Source of the DNA: an uncultured Actinomycetes bacterium
GTDB lineage: Bacteria > Actinomycetota > Thermoleophilia > UBA2241
Assembly (NCBI GenBank): GCA_963709345.1
Contig: CAVPVX010000002.1
Location: forward strand, 32,001 to 96,000
Length of the DNA stretch: 64,000 nucleotides
Direction: 5' to 3'
Shown here piece after piece: positions 10,073-20,676 of this stretch. The number at the start of each line of letters is the position of its first letter. The stretch's first letter is position 1. The notes beneath the pieces were generated by a model that saw only the letters and a list, made by a program, of their open reading frames with translations, was not told the DNA's origin and ran no database searches. The position numbers were made by a program, and so were the translations under genes.

Positions 10073-12586
10073 TCAGATATCGTCCGGGGCCGGCTCGGCC
10101 GCCTCCGGCGGCGCCTCCGGCCGTTCCGCTCCGGCGACGAGCTCGGTGTCGCCCTCAGCGTCCGGCGCGTCCCCGGTCAGGCGCGCCAGCGTCGACGGGA
10201 GCGCGGCCTCGTCGATCAGGACGGCCCGCGCCTTGCTCCCGTCGTACCCTGAGATGATGCCCATCTCCTCCATGATGTCGATGAGCCGCCCGGCCCGGGC
10301 GTAGCCCACGCGCAGGCGTCGCTGCAGCAGCGCCACGCTGGCGGCGCCCGTGCCCACGACCGTCTCGATCGCCTTGCCGAGGTACTCGTCGCCGCCGGCC
10401 GCCTGCCGGCTCTGCTCCGCGTCGGGACCGGCGGGGTTCTCGAGCAGTTCCTCGTGGTAGTCGGGCTTGGCCTGGCGCCGCCAGTGCTCGGTGATCAGCT
10501 TCATCTCGGCGCTGGTGACCAGAGCGCCCTGCACACGAAGGAGCTTGCTGCTCCCCATCGGGCTGAAGAGCATGTCCCCCATGCCGAGGAGGCTCTCGGC
10601 GCCACCCTGGTCGAGGATGATGCGCGAGTCGGTCTGCGAACTGACGGCAAAGGCGATCCGCGATGGGATGTTGGTCTTGATCATGCCGGTGACCACGTCC
10701 ACCGACGGGCGCTGCGTCGCCACCACGAGGTGGATGCCGCAGCTTCGGCCGAGCTGGCCGAGCCGGATGATCGAGTCTTCGACCTCCGACGGGGCGGCCA
10801 TCATGAGGTCGGCCAGTTCGTCGACGATCACCATCGTGTACGGCATCGTCTCCTCGCCGGCGCGGGCGAGCTTCTTGTTGAGCGCGCGGATGTCCTGGAC
10901 CCCGTAGCGCGAGAGCACGTCGTAGCGCCGGTCCATCTCGCGGCAGATGTTGTCGAGCACGTACGTCGCCTGCTTCATGTTGGTGACCACCGGCGCCAGC
11001 AGGTGCGGCACGCCGTTGAAGTTGCTGAGCTCGACCTTCTTCGGGTCGATCATGATCATGCGCACCTGGTCCGGGGTCGCCCGGAGAAGCACGGAGCAGA
11101 TCAGCGCGTTGAGACAGCCGCTCTTCCCGGAGCCGGTGGTGCCGGCGATGAGCAGGTGGACCATGCGCACGAGATCGGCGAGCACCGCCGTACCGGTGAC
11201 ATCCTTACCGAGCCAGAAGGCCATCGGTGAGGCATGCGCCGGGAACAGACCGTGGATGTCGCCCAGCGTGACGTAGTTCGCCTGGATGTTCGGCACCTCG
11301 ACGCCAACGGCCGTTTTGCCCGGGATCGGCGCCTGCACGCGCACGTCGGTGGCGGCGAGCGCGTACGCGAGGTCGTCCTTCAGCCCCGCGACGCGGCTCA
11401 CCTTGATGCCGGGTGCCAGCTGGAGCTCGTACCTCGTGACCCGCGGCCCCGAGACCGTCCCGATGACGTGTGAGGCGATGCCGAAGTGTCCTAGCGTCTC
11501 CACCAGGCGCTGCGAGGTGTGCGCCACGGCGTCGGGAGACTCACCGCGGCCCTCGCCGAGCCGTCGCAGGAGCGCCGGGTCGGGGAGCGTCCACTGCCGC
11601 TTCTCCGCGTCGGCGAAGGCGAGTGCGACGGACGGGTCGGCCTGCGCCGAACCGGCGGCGGCAAGCGAGAGCTGAACGCCGTCGTCGGCCGTCCCGATCG
11701 GGTCGGGCGACGCCGCGTCTTCGCCGGCCGGAGACGCGGCGTCGTCCGGCGCCGAGGGCGCCTCCCCGAAGATCTCGGGCGCCGCCTCGAAGCCGTCTAT
11801 CAGCCGCGGCGGCGACGCGAGTGAAGCCACCGCGTACGAAGCCCCCGGCGGCGCCGAGCGGCGCGACATGCCCGCGTCGACTGTCGGCGACTCATCCAGT
11901 TCGACCACTCGGGTCTGCGCGGTGTCTCTCCGCCGCGCTCCCAGAGCCTCCGCCTGACTGCGGGCGGCGCGGCCGGCGGCCTTGACGCCGCGCTGCGAAT
12001 GCGACGCCCATTGCCGCAGTGACGAGCCGGTCACAAGCAGGAGCCCGGCGGCCAGCAGCGCGATCACGAGCACGTCCACGCCGACCCGCCCGATGAACGG
12101 GCTGAGGGCCGCCCACTGAAGCTCCCCGAACATGCCCCCGTGCGAGCTCATGTACCCCTCGCGGAAGAGCGCCGCCGGGCGCTCGCCCGAGAAGATGCCG
12201 AAGGTGTCGGCGGCGGCGGCGAGAGCGCTCCCCGCCACGACCAGAGCCAGCCCGCACGTCATCCCTCGCCTCGGCCGGCTCTCCTCCTTCACGACGAGGA
12301 GGAAGGCGATGAAGCCGAGGATGAAGGGCGCCGCGTAGGCCAGGATGCCGGCGAGCCAGCGCGCCGCGTCGCCGAGCCAGCGGCCGAGCGACCCGCCGTC
12401 CCAGCCGAGGTAGAGGACGAAGGAGAGGAAGACGGCGAGGGCGAGGCAGGCGATCGCGGCCAGCTCGCGACCGTGACGCCCTCCGCGAGCGGGCGCCTTG
12501 GGCGCCGGACGCGCGCCGCGCGGGCGGGGCCGCGGCGCAGCGCCCGAGCGCCGCCGTGCTTGCTTGGGGCGTGCCGTCGTCGCCAT
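10073..12586 (-). CDS. ftsK: DNA translocase FtsK/SpoIIIE
   Basis: N-terminal TM helices, GTTGSGKS, ATQRPSVDV, gamma domain LQRRLRVGYARAGR; start ATG 12586. Confidence 0.95.
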   Translation of the reverse strand: MATTARPKQARRRSGAAPRPRPRGARPAPKAPARGGRHGRELAAIACLALAVFLSFVLYLGWDGGSLGRWLGDAARWLAGILAYAAPFILGFIAFLLVVKEESRPRRGMTCGLALVVAGSALAAAADTFGIFSGERPAALFREGYMSSHGGMFGELQWAALSPFIGRVGVDVLVIALLAAGLLLVTGSSLRQWASHSQRGVKAAGRAARSQAEALGARRRDTAQTRVVELDESPTVDAGMSRRSAPPGASYAVASLASPPRLIDGFEAAPEIFGEAPSAPDDAASPAGEDAASPDPIGTADDGVQLSLAAAGSAQADPSVALAFADAEKRQWTLPDPALLRRLGEGRGESPDAVAHTSQRLVETLGHFGIASHVIGTVSGPRVTRYELQLAPGIKVSRVAGLKDDLAYALAATDVRVQAPIPGKTAVGVEVPNIQANYVTLGDIHGLFPAHASPMAFWLGKDVTGTAVLADLVRMVHLLIAGTTGSGKSGCLNALICSVLLRATPDQVRMIMIDPKKVELSNFNGVPHLLAPVVTNMKQATYVLDNICREMDRRYDVLSRYGVQDIRALNKKLARAGEETMPYTMVIVDELADLMMAAPSEVEDSIIRLGQLGRSCGIHLVVATQRPSVDVVTGMIKTNIPSRIAFAVSSQTDSRIILDQGGAESLLGMGDMLFSPMGSSKLLRVQGALVTSAEMKLITEHWRRQAKPDYHEELLENPAGPDAEQSRQAAGGDEYLGKAIETVVGTGAASVALLQRRLRVGYARAGRLIDIMEEMGIISGYDGSKARAVLIDEAALPSTLARLTGDAPDAEGDTELVAGAERPEAPPEAAEPAPDDI

Positions 12587-12642
12587 GGCGGCTACTTCGA
12601 CGCGCGTCCTCGAATCCCTAGCCCGGGCAGGACCCCGACTTC

Positions 12643-14307
12643 TCAGACCTCGACCACCACCGGCATGATGAGCGGCCGGCGGCGGGTGCGCTTGTACACG
12701 AGCTCGGCCAGACGGTCCTTGATGTCGTCGCGCACCAGGCGCTGACCCGTGACATTGTCGGCGCCGAGCTCGTCCAGCAGGTCGTCGAGCGCGACGGCGC
12801 ACTCGTCGAGGACCTCCTGGAGCCGGTCGTCGTTATGCAGGAACCCGCGCGCCACGAGCTCCGCCGGCGCCACGGAGTCGCCGTTCTGGGCGTCGATCGT
12901 GACCACGGCGATGAGGATGCCGTCGCCGGCCAGCTGCTGGCGGTCGCGGAGCACGAGCCCGTCGGCGTCACCGAGTTCGAAACCGTCGACGAAGACCATG
13001 CCCGTGGGCACCTTGTCGACGATCTCGCCGTTCTCGGCGTCCAGCTCCAGCACGTCACCGTTCTCGAGGATGAAGATGTCCTCGTCGCCGATGCCGCTCT
13101 CGCGGGCGATCTCGGCGTGGATGTGCTGCATGCGGTACTCGCCGTGCACCGGGACGAGATACTTGGGGCGCACGAGGTTCAGCATCATCTTGAGGTCGTC
13201 GCGCGCGGCGTGCCCACTGACGTGGATGCCGCTGCTCTCGCCGTAGATCACGGTGGCGCCGACCTTGAGAAGGCGGTCGATGGTAGCCGTGACGCTGCGC
13301 TCGTTGCCGGGTATGGCCTTGGCGGAGATGACCACCGTGTCGCCCTCGTGCAGCGCCACCTGCGGGTGGTCGTTGAAGGCCATGCGCGTGAGTGCCGACA
13401 GAGGTTCGCCCTGGCTGCCGGTGGACAGGATGAGGACCTCCTCCGGGCGGTAGTCGTCGATCTGCGTCAGCTTGATCATCGCCCCGTCCGGCACGTCGAG
13501 GTACCCGAGGTTGCGGGCGATGTTCGCGTTCTTGACCATCGACCTGCCGGAGAGGGCGAACTTGCGGCCGTGCAGGTGCCCGATCGTGATCGCCTGCTGG
13601 ATGCGATGGATGTGCGAGGCGAAGCTCGCCACGATCACACGGCCCTCCGCCTCCGCGAAGATCTGGTGGAAGGCCCGGCCGACCGTGCTCTCGGAGGCGG
13701 TCGACCCCGGCGCCTCGGCGTTGGTGGAGTCGCCGAGCAGCGCCAGCACGCCCTCCTCCCCGAGCCTTGCGAAGGCGTTGACGTCGGTGATGCGGCCGTC
13801 AATGGGCGTGTGGTCGAAGCGGTAGTCGCCGGTGAGCACCACGGCGCCCAGGTCGGTGCCGACCACGATGGAGAGCGAGTCGGGCACGCTGTGGCTGGTC
13901 GCCACGAACGACACCTCGAAGGGTCCGAGGCGCAGCCGCGACGTGTCGTCGATCTCGTTGAGCTCGGTGGTCTTCAGCAGACCGTGCTCGTCGAGCTTCG
14001 ACTTGATGAGCGCCAGCGTGAACCGGCTGCCGTACACCGGCCGGTTCAGCTGCTTCAAGACGAACGGCAGCGCCCCCTGGTGATCCTCGTGGCCGTGCGT
14101 GATGACGAATGCCAGAACGTCGTCGCGGCGCTCGAGCAGCCACCTGATGTCCGGGATGACGAGGTCGATCCCGAGCATGCCGTCGCTCGGGAACTCAACC
14201 CCACAGTCGAGGACCACTATCTTGCCGCGGTACTCGACCGCGGTCATGTTCTTGCCGATCTCGCCGAGGCCCCCGAGGGGGATGATCCTCACGGCGTCTT
14301 CACTCAT
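12643..14307 (-). CDS. rnj: Ribonuclease J
   Basis: PLGGLGEIGKN, THGHEDH, HVSGH, PVHGE. Confidence 0.97.
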   Translation of the reverse strand: MSEDAVRIIPLGGLGEIGKNMTAVEYRGKIVVLDCGVEFPSDGMLGIDLVIPDIRWLLERRDDVLAFVITHGHEDHQGALPFVLKQLNRPVYGSRFTLALIKSKLDEHGLLKTTELNEIDDTSRLRLGPFEVSFVATSHSVPDSLSIVVGTDLGAVVLTGDYRFDHTPIDGRITDVNAFARLGEEGVLALLGDSTNAEAPGSTASESTVGRAFHQIFAEAEGRVIVASFASHIHRIQQAITIGHLHGRKFALSGRSMVKNANIARNLGYLDVPDGAMIKLTQIDDYRPEEVLILSTGSQGEPLSALTRMAFNDHPQVALHEGDTVVISAKAIPGNERSVTATIDRLLKVGATVIYGESSGIHVSGHAARDDLKMMLNLVRPKYLVPVHGEYRMQHIHAEIARESGIGDEDIFILENGDVLELDAENGEIVDKVPTGMVFVDGFELGDADGLVLRDRQQLAGDGILIAVVTIDAQNGDSVAPAELVARGFLHNDDRLQEVLDECAVALDDLLDELGADNVTGQRLVRDDIKDRLAELVYKRTRRRPLIMPVVVEV

Positions 14308-15221
14308 AGTGTGCCTTTCTCCTTGCTTTCGGCGCCGCTGCCCGCACCACGGGGCGGTGACTCGGTGCCGTCGCTGATTGTGCCGACAAGCAGGCCGTCA
14401 CGTCCGGCATGCTTGATCTTGTACAGGTTTGCATCCGCCTTATTGAGAAGGCTTCTCACATCGTGCACCGGCAGATGCGTGCTCACAGCGCCGATGCTCA
14501 GCGTGGCGGGCCATCCGGCCTCGGCTATCGCCATATTCACAGCGTTGCGCGCTTTTCCCAGAGCCGCGCACGCCGCATTCTCGTCGGTGTCGGGCAGAAG
14601 GGCACCGAACTCGTCGCCCCCGAGTCGCGCCACCAGATCGGTTCGGCGCAGACCATTGTGGAGCGTCTCCGCGACGAGCTCGAGCAGGGCATCGCCGACG
14701 ACATGGCCGTATTCGTCGTTCACCGTCTTCAGGTTGTCGACGTCGCAGAAGGCGATGCAGAGTGGAGCGCCGATCCGGCGCAGCCTCCGAGCCTCCTGGT
14801 CGGCGCGTTCCATGAACTGGCGTGCGTTGGCGACGCCGGTCGCCGCATCCCGGCGAGCCAGCAGTCGCTCGCTCACGAGCGCAGAGCGCAGCGCCGACAC
14901 GACGATCACAACGCCGACGAAGAACGCGAGGCGCACGCCGGCGTTCCACCACGGCACCGGGCTGGCGAACGACTGGTCAAGATTCGTGAACTCGGCCACA
15001 GACCAGAGCGCGATGGCGAACGCCGCCATCGGCAGCCCAGCCCGAGGCCCAAACAACCACGCGGCAAGCGCGACGGGCACGACGTAGAACACCGACAGCG
15101 TGATCTCTCCACCCACTCGACGGTCGAAGACACCGACCGCGGCGATGGCCACCACGCACCCCACGAGCAGCGCTGCGCTCCGGACAGCCGAGCGGACTCG
15201 CGTGTGGTCCGAGTCGATCAT
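14304..15221 (-). CDS. Membrane-anchored diguanylate cyclase (GGDEF)
   Basis: About 4 TM helices; DVDNLKTVNDEYGHVVGD; RRTD-x5-GGDEF (intact I-site and A-site). Confidence 0.9.
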   Translation of the reverse strand: MIDSDHTRVRSAVRSAALLVGCVVAIAAVGVFDRRVGGEITLSVFYVVPVALAAWLFGPRAGLPMAAFAIALWSVAEFTNLDQSFASPVPWWNAGVRLAFFVGVVIVVSALRSALVSERLLARRDAATGVANARQFMERADQEARRLRRIGAPLCIAFCDVDNLKTVNDEYGHVVGDALLELVAETLHNGLRRTDLVARLGGDEFGALLPDTDENAACAALGKARNAVNMAIAEAGWPATLSIGAVSTHLPVHDVRSLLNKADANLYKIKHAGRDGLLVGTISDGTESPPRGAGSGAESKEKGTL

Positions 15222-16105
15222 CGATCCGGTTCGAACCCGAGCCTCCGGAGTTCGGCCGCGACGATCGCCAGTTCCTCCGTGCTCGCCGGTACGAGAGGGA
15301 GACGCAGACCGCCCACGTCGTGGCCGAGCAGATTCAGCGCGGCCTTCACGAGGATCGGATTCGACGTCACGAAGAGAGACCTGTAGAGCTCACGCAGTTG
15401 CGCATCCGCCGCCGCCGCGGCGTCCAGGTCCCCCTCACGCGCGAGCCGGGCCACCTCGGCCATGCGCTCGCCGGCGACGTGGCTCGAGACGCAGATGCCG
15501 CCGGCTCCGCCCCGAGCGAGGATGTCGTAGAGCATGTCGTCGTTGCCCGCGTAGACGCCCAGGTCGCTGATCGCCATGAGCCTATCGGTCTCCGTCAGGT
15601 CAGGATTCGCCTGCTTGACGGCGACGATGTTCTCGGTCTCGGCCAGCGCAGCGAGCACGTCGGGAGAGAGGTTGACGACGCAACGCCCGGGGATGTTGTA
15701 GACGATGACGGGCAGACTGGTTGCGGCGGCGACGGCCCGGAAGTGCGCGAGCAGACCGCGCTCCGGCGGCTTGTTGTAGTACGGCGTCACGACGAGGACC
15801 GCGTCGACCCCGCACGCCTCGGCCTGCCTGGTGAGCTCGACGCTGTGCCGCGTGTCGTTGGAGCCGGTGCCGGCGACGACGGTCCCGCGGCCGGCCACGG
15901 CCTCGACGACGGTGCGGAACATGGCCGTCTTCTCGGCGTCGTCGAGAGTCGGCGACTCACCCGTCGTGCCGGCCACGACCAAGCCGTCCGACCCGTGGGC
16001 GAGCAGATGCTCGGCGAGCTCGCCGAGCTTGGCGTGATGTACCGCCATGTCCCCGGCGAACGGCGTGACCATGGCGGTGAGGATGGTTCCCAGATCCTGT
16101 TTCAC
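15218..16105 (-). CDS. dapA: 4-hydroxy-tetrahydrodipicolinate synthase
   Basis: GTTGES, YNIPGR, VKQA. Confidence 0.96.
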   Translation of the reverse strand: MKQDLGTILTAMVTPFAGDMAVHHAKLGELAEHLLAHGSDGLVVAGTTGESPTLDDAEKTAMFRTVVEAVAGRGTVVAGTGSNDTRHSVELTRQAEACGVDAVLVVTPYYNKPPERGLLAHFRAVAAATSLPVIVYNIPGRCVVNLSPDVLAALAETENIVAVKQANPDLTETDRLMAISDLGVYAGNDDMLYDILARGGAGGICVSSHVAGERMAEVARLAREGDLDAAAAADAQLRELYRSLFVTSNPILVKAALNLLGHDVGGLRLPLVPASTEELAIVAAELRRLGFEPDR

Positions 16106-16145
16106 GGTGTCGTCCCCCGGTGAGATCGGTACGGGTGAGATGGCA

Positions 16146-16904
16146 TCAGTCGAGGAGGTTCTCGAGACCGACGACGGTCTCGCGCAGCGAGGTGACGCGA
16201 CGCAGAGCGAGAAGCATCCCGCTCATGAACGAGCGGCGCGACAGCGAGTCGTGGCGCAGGGTCAGGATCTCGTCGTCTCCGCCGAAGAGGACCTCCTGGT
16301 GGGCGACAAGACCGGGCAGGCGGACGCTGTGCACGGTCACGGCCCCGTCGGCGGTGAGTCCGCGCGAGGTCTGCCCGGCTCCGGGCGGGGCCTTGAGCGC
16401 CGACCCCGGGGCCTTCGCCATGAGCGCCGCCGTGCGCAGCGCGGTCCCCGACGGCGCGTCGACCTTGCCCTTCTCGTGCATCTCGATGACTTCGGCGTGC
16501 TCGTAGTACCGCGCCGCTTCGGCGGCGAACCGCATGAGCAACACGGCTCCGAGCGCGAAGTTCGGCACGACCACCAGCCCGACACTCGCGGCGGCGGCCG
16601 TCGCGCGCAGTTCCTCGACCTGGCGCTCGGCCAAGCCGGTGGCTCCCACGACCGTGGGGACGCCGGCGGCGAGCAGCGCAGTCGTGTTCGCAAACACCGC
16701 ATCCGGGACGCTGAACTCGAGGGCCGCCCGTGGCGCCGTCTGGGCCAGGGCCTCGGTCACGCCCTTGAAGGAGGGGACCTCCCCGAACTCGGCGCCTCGG
16801 GGATCGACGAGCGCCACCAGGCGCATGTCGTCCTGCGCGGCGATGGTCGCGACACTCAGCGCCCCCATCTTGCCGGCGGCGCCGGTCACGAGGATGTCGA
16901 TCAT
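16146..16904 (-). CDS. dapB: 4-hydroxy-tetrahydrodipicolinate reductase
   Basis: GAAGKMG, EMHEKGKVDAPSGTA, HSVRLPG; start ATG 16904. Confidence 0.95.
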   Translation of the reverse strand: MIDILVTGAAGKMGALSVATIAAQDDMRLVALVDPRGAEFGEVPSFKGVTEALAQTAPRAALEFSVPDAVFANTTALLAAGVPTVVGATGLAERQVEELRATAAAASVGLVVVPNFALGAVLLMRFAAEAARYYEHAEVIEMHEKGKVDAPSGTALRTAALMAKAPGSALKAPPGAGQTSRGLTADGAVTVHSVRLPGLVAHQEVLFGGDDEILTLRHDSLSRRSFMSGMLLALRRVTSLRETVVGLENLLD

Positions 16905-18169
16905 CGTTCCTCCCAGTCGAACCCGTCTATCACGGATCGGAACGGCCCCGCACGCGGGCCGATGCACGCCGTCGACCACTTCTCCGGGTCATAGTACCGC
17001 CGCACGACCGCCATGACAGCATCATGGTCGACGGCGTCGATGCGTTCCAGAACCTCGTCGACGCTGAGGATCGGCTGCTCGAGCAGGACCGCGCGGCCCA
17101 GGGAGTGCATCCGCGCTCCCGGGCTCTCCATGCTCAAGACGAGGTGTCCCTTGAGATGGTTCTTGGCGCGCTCGATCGCCGTCTCGGAGACGTCCTCACC
17201 CAACTCGCGAATGGCGTCGAGTATGACGATCATGGCCTCCGCCACGGCCTCCTCACGCGAGCCGAAGTACACGCCGGTCAGCCCCGCGTCGGCGTACAGG
17301 GAGGTGTATGAGTACACGGAGTACGCGAGCCCCCGCTTCTCGCGGACCTCCTGGAAGAGGCGCGAGCTCCACGACCCGCCGAGGATCGTGTCGAGCACGA
17401 AGACCGCATAGCGGTCGGGATTCCCCCGCTTGGGCCCGGGACCACCGAGACACACGTGGTACTGCTCGGTGTCCTTCTTCGTGAACCTGGCGACGTGACA
17501 CGGCTCGGGCACGCTGAGCCCGGCGTGGCGGACCACGGCGCCTGGCTCGGGGCGGAAGTGCCTCGAGGTGAGCTCGCAGAGGTGGTCGTGGTCGATGTGG
17601 CCGCTCGCGGCCACCACGATGCCGGGATTCACGTAGTGGGTGTCGTGATACCTGCGTACAGCCTCCAGGTCAAGCCCAGCCAGCGTCTCGGAGTGGCCGA
17701 TGATGGGCCGCCCGAGAGGGTGCTCACCGAAGACGACCTCACAGAGGTCGTCGTGGATGAGCTCGGGCGGCGAGTCCTCGTACATGGCCACTTCTTCGAG
17801 GACGACCTCACGCTCCTGGTCAAGGTCGGCGAAGGTCGGCCGCGCGACCATCTCGGCGATCACCTCGAAAGCGGTGTCGAGGTCGTCGGCGAGCACCCGC
17901 GCGTTGACGAGTGTGTGCTCCTTGGACGTGGACGCGTTCGGCTCGGCACCCATATCGTCGAAGATGTGGGCGATCTGGGCCGCCGAGTAGCGAGCCGACC
18001 CCTTGAAGATGAGGTGCTCGATGAAGTGAGAAACGCCGCCGAGCTCGACCGGCTCGAGCCGGGAGCCGGCGGCGACCCAGAGCCCGAGGGCCACCGAGCG
18101 CACGCTCTCGACGCGCTCGGTGGCCACTCGCAGGCCGTTGTCCAGCGTTGACAGGCGGTAGGCCTCCGT
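16901..18169 (-). CDS. M16 family (pitrilysin-like) zinc peptidase, probable ACG start
   Basis: HFIEH inverted Zn motif, SSRLFQEVREKRGLAY; conserved YRLSTLDNGLRV lies upstream of the first GTG (18127). Confidence 0.88.
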   Translation of the reverse strand, partial: TEAYRLSTLDNGLRVATERVESVRSVALGLWVAAGSRLEPVELGGVSHFIEHLIFKGSARYSAAQIAHIFDDMGAEPNASTSKEHTLVNARVLADDLDTAFEVIAEMVARPTFADLDQEREVVLEEVAMYEDSPPELIHDDLCEVVFGEHPLGRPIIGHSETLAGLDLEAVRRYHDTHYVNPGIVVAASGHIDHDHLCELTSRHFRPEPGAVVRHAGLSVPEPCHVARFTKKDTEQYHVCLGGPGPKRGNPDRYAVFVLDTILGGSWSSRLFQEVREKRGLAYSVYSYTSLYADAGLTGVYFGSREEAVAEAMIVILDAIRELGEDVSETAIERAKNHLKGHLVLSMESPGARMHSLGRAVLLEQPILSVDEVLERIDAVDHDAVMAVVRRYYDPEKWSTACIGPRAGPFRSVIDGFDWEER

Positions 18170-18196
18170 GGCCTTCTCCCCGCTTCGCTTCGTCCC

Positions 18197-20293
18197 TTAC
18201 TCCGACCCGGGCGCCTTGAGCAGCGTGAGCCCGATGCGGTTGCGCGCCTTGTCGATCTCGACGACCTCGACGGTCACCGTGTCGCCGCGCTTGACGACGT
18301 CCTCTACCGACTTCACGCGCTCGCCCTTCTTGCCGAGGCGCGAGATGTGGAGGAGGCCGTCGGTGCCCTTCTTGAGCTCGATGAAGGCGCCGAAGTCGGT
18401 GGTCTTGACGACCCGGCCGGTGAACACGTCCCCGACCTCGACCTCCTTGGTCATCGCCTGGATGCGGTTCATGACGCCTTCGGCGGCTTCCTGGTCGGGG
18501 GCGCAGATGAAGATCGTGCCGTCGTCCTGGATGTCGATGTCGGCGCTGAACTCCTCGGTCATGCCGCGGATCGTCTCGCCGCCCTTGCCGATGACGAGCC
18601 CGATCTGGTCGGGGTTGATCTGGATGCTGAAGATGCGCGGCGCCCACTGGCTGAGCTCGCCGCGCGGCTCGGCGATGGTCTCGAGCATCTTCCCGAGGAT
18701 GTGGAGCCGGGCCTTGCGAGCCTGCTCGAGCGCCTCGGTGAGGATCTCGAAGGTCACGCCCGTGATCTTGATGTCCATCTGCAGCGCCGTGATGCCCTCG
18801 GCGGTGCCGGCGACCTTGAAGTCCATGTCGCCGAGGTGGTCCTCGACGCCGGCGATGTCGGTGAGGACGACGTAGTCGTCACCTTCCTTGATGAGACCCA
18901 TCGCGGTGCCGGCCACCGGAGCGGTGATCTGCACGCCCGCGTCCATGAGCGAGAGCGTCGAGCCGCAGACGCTGGCCATCGACGAGGAGCCGTTGCTCTC
19001 GAGGATCTCGGACACGATGCGGATCGTGTACGGGAAGTCGACTTCGTTCGGGAGGACGGGGACGAGAGCGCGCTCCGCGAGGGCGCCATGGCCGATGTCG
19101 CGGCGCTTGGGGCCGCGCATGAACCCGGTCTCGCCGACACAGTACGGCGGGAAGTTGTAGTGATGGATGTAGCGCTTCTTCTCCTCTATGCCGAGGCCGT
19201 CGATGCGCTGGAACTCGCCGGTGCCGCCCAGCGTGAGCAGCGTCATCGCCTGCGTCTCGCCGCGAGTGAAGAGGGCGCTGCCGTGCGTGCGCGGAACGAC
19301 GCCGACCTCACAGGTGATCTGCCGGACCTCGTCGGTGGCGCGACCGTCGGGGCGGCGCTTCTCGACGGCGATACGGCGGCGGACGATATCCTTCTCGACC
19401 TTGGCGAGGGCACGCTTGACCTGCATCACGCGCTCGGCCTCGGACTCGTCGGTCAGCAGCTGCTCGATGGCGGCCTTCTTGACCTGCGACGTGGCGTCCT
19501 GGCGAGCCTTCTTGTCGGCGGCCTGAGTGGCGGCGTCGAGTGCCGCGCCGAAGCCGGTGCGCACCTCGTTCAGCACGCCTTCGTCGACGGTGAACTCGGG
19601 CACGTCCCACTTGGGCTTGCCGCACAGCTCGCGAAGCTTGAGCTGCACGTCGACGAGCTTCTTGATGTCTTCGTGCGCGAGGCGCAGAGCCTCGACGATC
19701 ACGCTCTCAGAGACCTGCTGGGCGCCGGCCTCGACCATGACGATGGCGTCGGCGGTACCGGTCACGACGAGGTCGAGATCGGAGTCGTCCTGCAGCTCTT
19801 CCAGACTAGGGTTGATGACCAGCTGGCCGTCGATGCGGCCGACGCGGACCGAGCCGATGGGACCCATGAACGGGATCTCGCTGATCGTCAGCGCCGCGGA
19901 GGCGCCGAGCGTCGCGAGGATGTCGTAGGAGATCTCGTAGTCAACCGACAGCGTCGTCGCGACCACGTGGACCTCGTTCATGAAGCCCTTGGGGAACAGC
20001 GGCCGGATCGGCCGGTCGATCTGACGCGCGCCGAGGATCGCCTTCTCACTCGGGCGGGACTCGCGCTTGATGAAACCGCCGGGGATCTTGCCGGCCGCGT
20101 AATGCCGCTCTTCGACGTCGACGGTCAGGGGGAAGAAGTCCTGCCCCTCCTTCGCGTCTTGACGGGCGGTGGCGGCGACAAGCACCACGCTGTCGCCGCA
20201 GCGCACCAGCACGGAGCCGTTGGCCTGCTTGGCCAAGCGCCCGGTCTCGAGGGTGATCGTCTGACCCCCGACTTCTACTTCCAGAATGTTCAT
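18197..20293 (-). CDS. pnp: Polyribonucleotide nucleotidyltransferase (PNPase)
   Basis: FFPLTVD, RRDIGHG, GDMDFKVAG, KH and S1 domains; start ATG 20293. Confidence 0.97.
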   Translation of the reverse strand: MNILEVEVGGQTITLETGRLAKQANGSVLVRCGDSVVLVAATARQDAKEGQDFFPLTVDVEERHYAAGKIPGGFIKRESRPSEKAILGARQIDRPIRPLFPKGFMNEVHVVATTLSVDYEISYDILATLGASAALTISEIPFMGPIGSVRVGRIDGQLVINPSLEELQDDSDLDLVVTGTADAIVMVEAGAQQVSESVIVEALRLAHEDIKKLVDVQLKLRELCGKPKWDVPEFTVDEGVLNEVRTGFGAALDAATQAADKKARQDATSQVKKAAIEQLLTDESEAERVMQVKRALAKVEKDIVRRRIAVEKRRPDGRATDEVRQITCEVGVVPRTHGSALFTRGETQAMTLLTLGGTGEFQRIDGLGIEEKKRYIHHYNFPPYCVGETGFMRGPKRRDIGHGALAERALVPVLPNEVDFPYTIRIVSEILESNGSSSMASVCGSTLSLMDAGVQITAPVAGTAMGLIKEGDDYVVLTDIAGVEDHLGDMDFKVAGTAEGITALQMDIKITGVTFEILTEALEQARKARLHILGKMLETIAEPRGELSQWAPRIFSIQINPDQIGLVIGKGGETIRGMTEEFSADIDIQDDGTIFICAPDQEAAEGVMNRIQAMTKEVEVGDVFTGRVVKTTDFGAFIELKKGTDGLLHISRLGKKGERVKSVEDVVKRGDTVTVEVVEIDKARNRIGLTLLKAPGSE

Positions 20294-20406
20294 CGCTTCC
20301 TTCGTCTCTCTTCTCGCCCGACGCCCAATTGCGCACGGGCATTCTCTCGTCGGCGTGGGTTGGCACGATGCGACGACGGCAGCGCGTCCGGCGCCGCCCG
20401 AGTGGT

Positions 20407-20676
20407 CTACTTGCGGAGCTGAAGCTCCTTGACGAGCGCGCGATAGCGCTCCAGGTCGCGCGCCTGCAGATAGTTGAGCAGACGACGACGCTGACCGACC
20501 ATCTTGAGCAGGCCGCGCCTGCTGTGATGGTCCTTCTTGTGTGTCTTGAGGTGGTCGGTGAGGGTCTCGATGCGCGCGGTGAGGAGCGCTATCTGTACCT
20601 CGGGGGAGCCGGTGTCGCCGTCGTGCTTGGCGTGCTTGGCGATGATGGTCTCTTTTGCGTCTTTGGTGACTGCCAT
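20407..20676 (-). CDS. rpsO: 30S ribosomal protein S15
   Basis: [21 protein letters not shown]; SD GGAGGTGA. Confidence 0.97.
   Translation of the reverse strand: MAVTKDAKETIIAKHAKHDGDTGSPEVQIALLTARIETLTDHLKTHKKDHHSRRGLLKMVGQRRRLLNYLQARDLERYRALVKELQLRK

Noticed and set aside
16106-16145. 8-bp direct repeat GGTGAGAT between dapB and dapA
   Set aside because: Too short to distinguish from chance, and there is no lysine riboswitch or other support
20294-20406. Possible pnp leader hairpin (CGCCGACG/CGTCGGGCG) as an RNase III site
   Set aside because: The pairing is modest for such GC-rich DNA and cannot be supported without alignments
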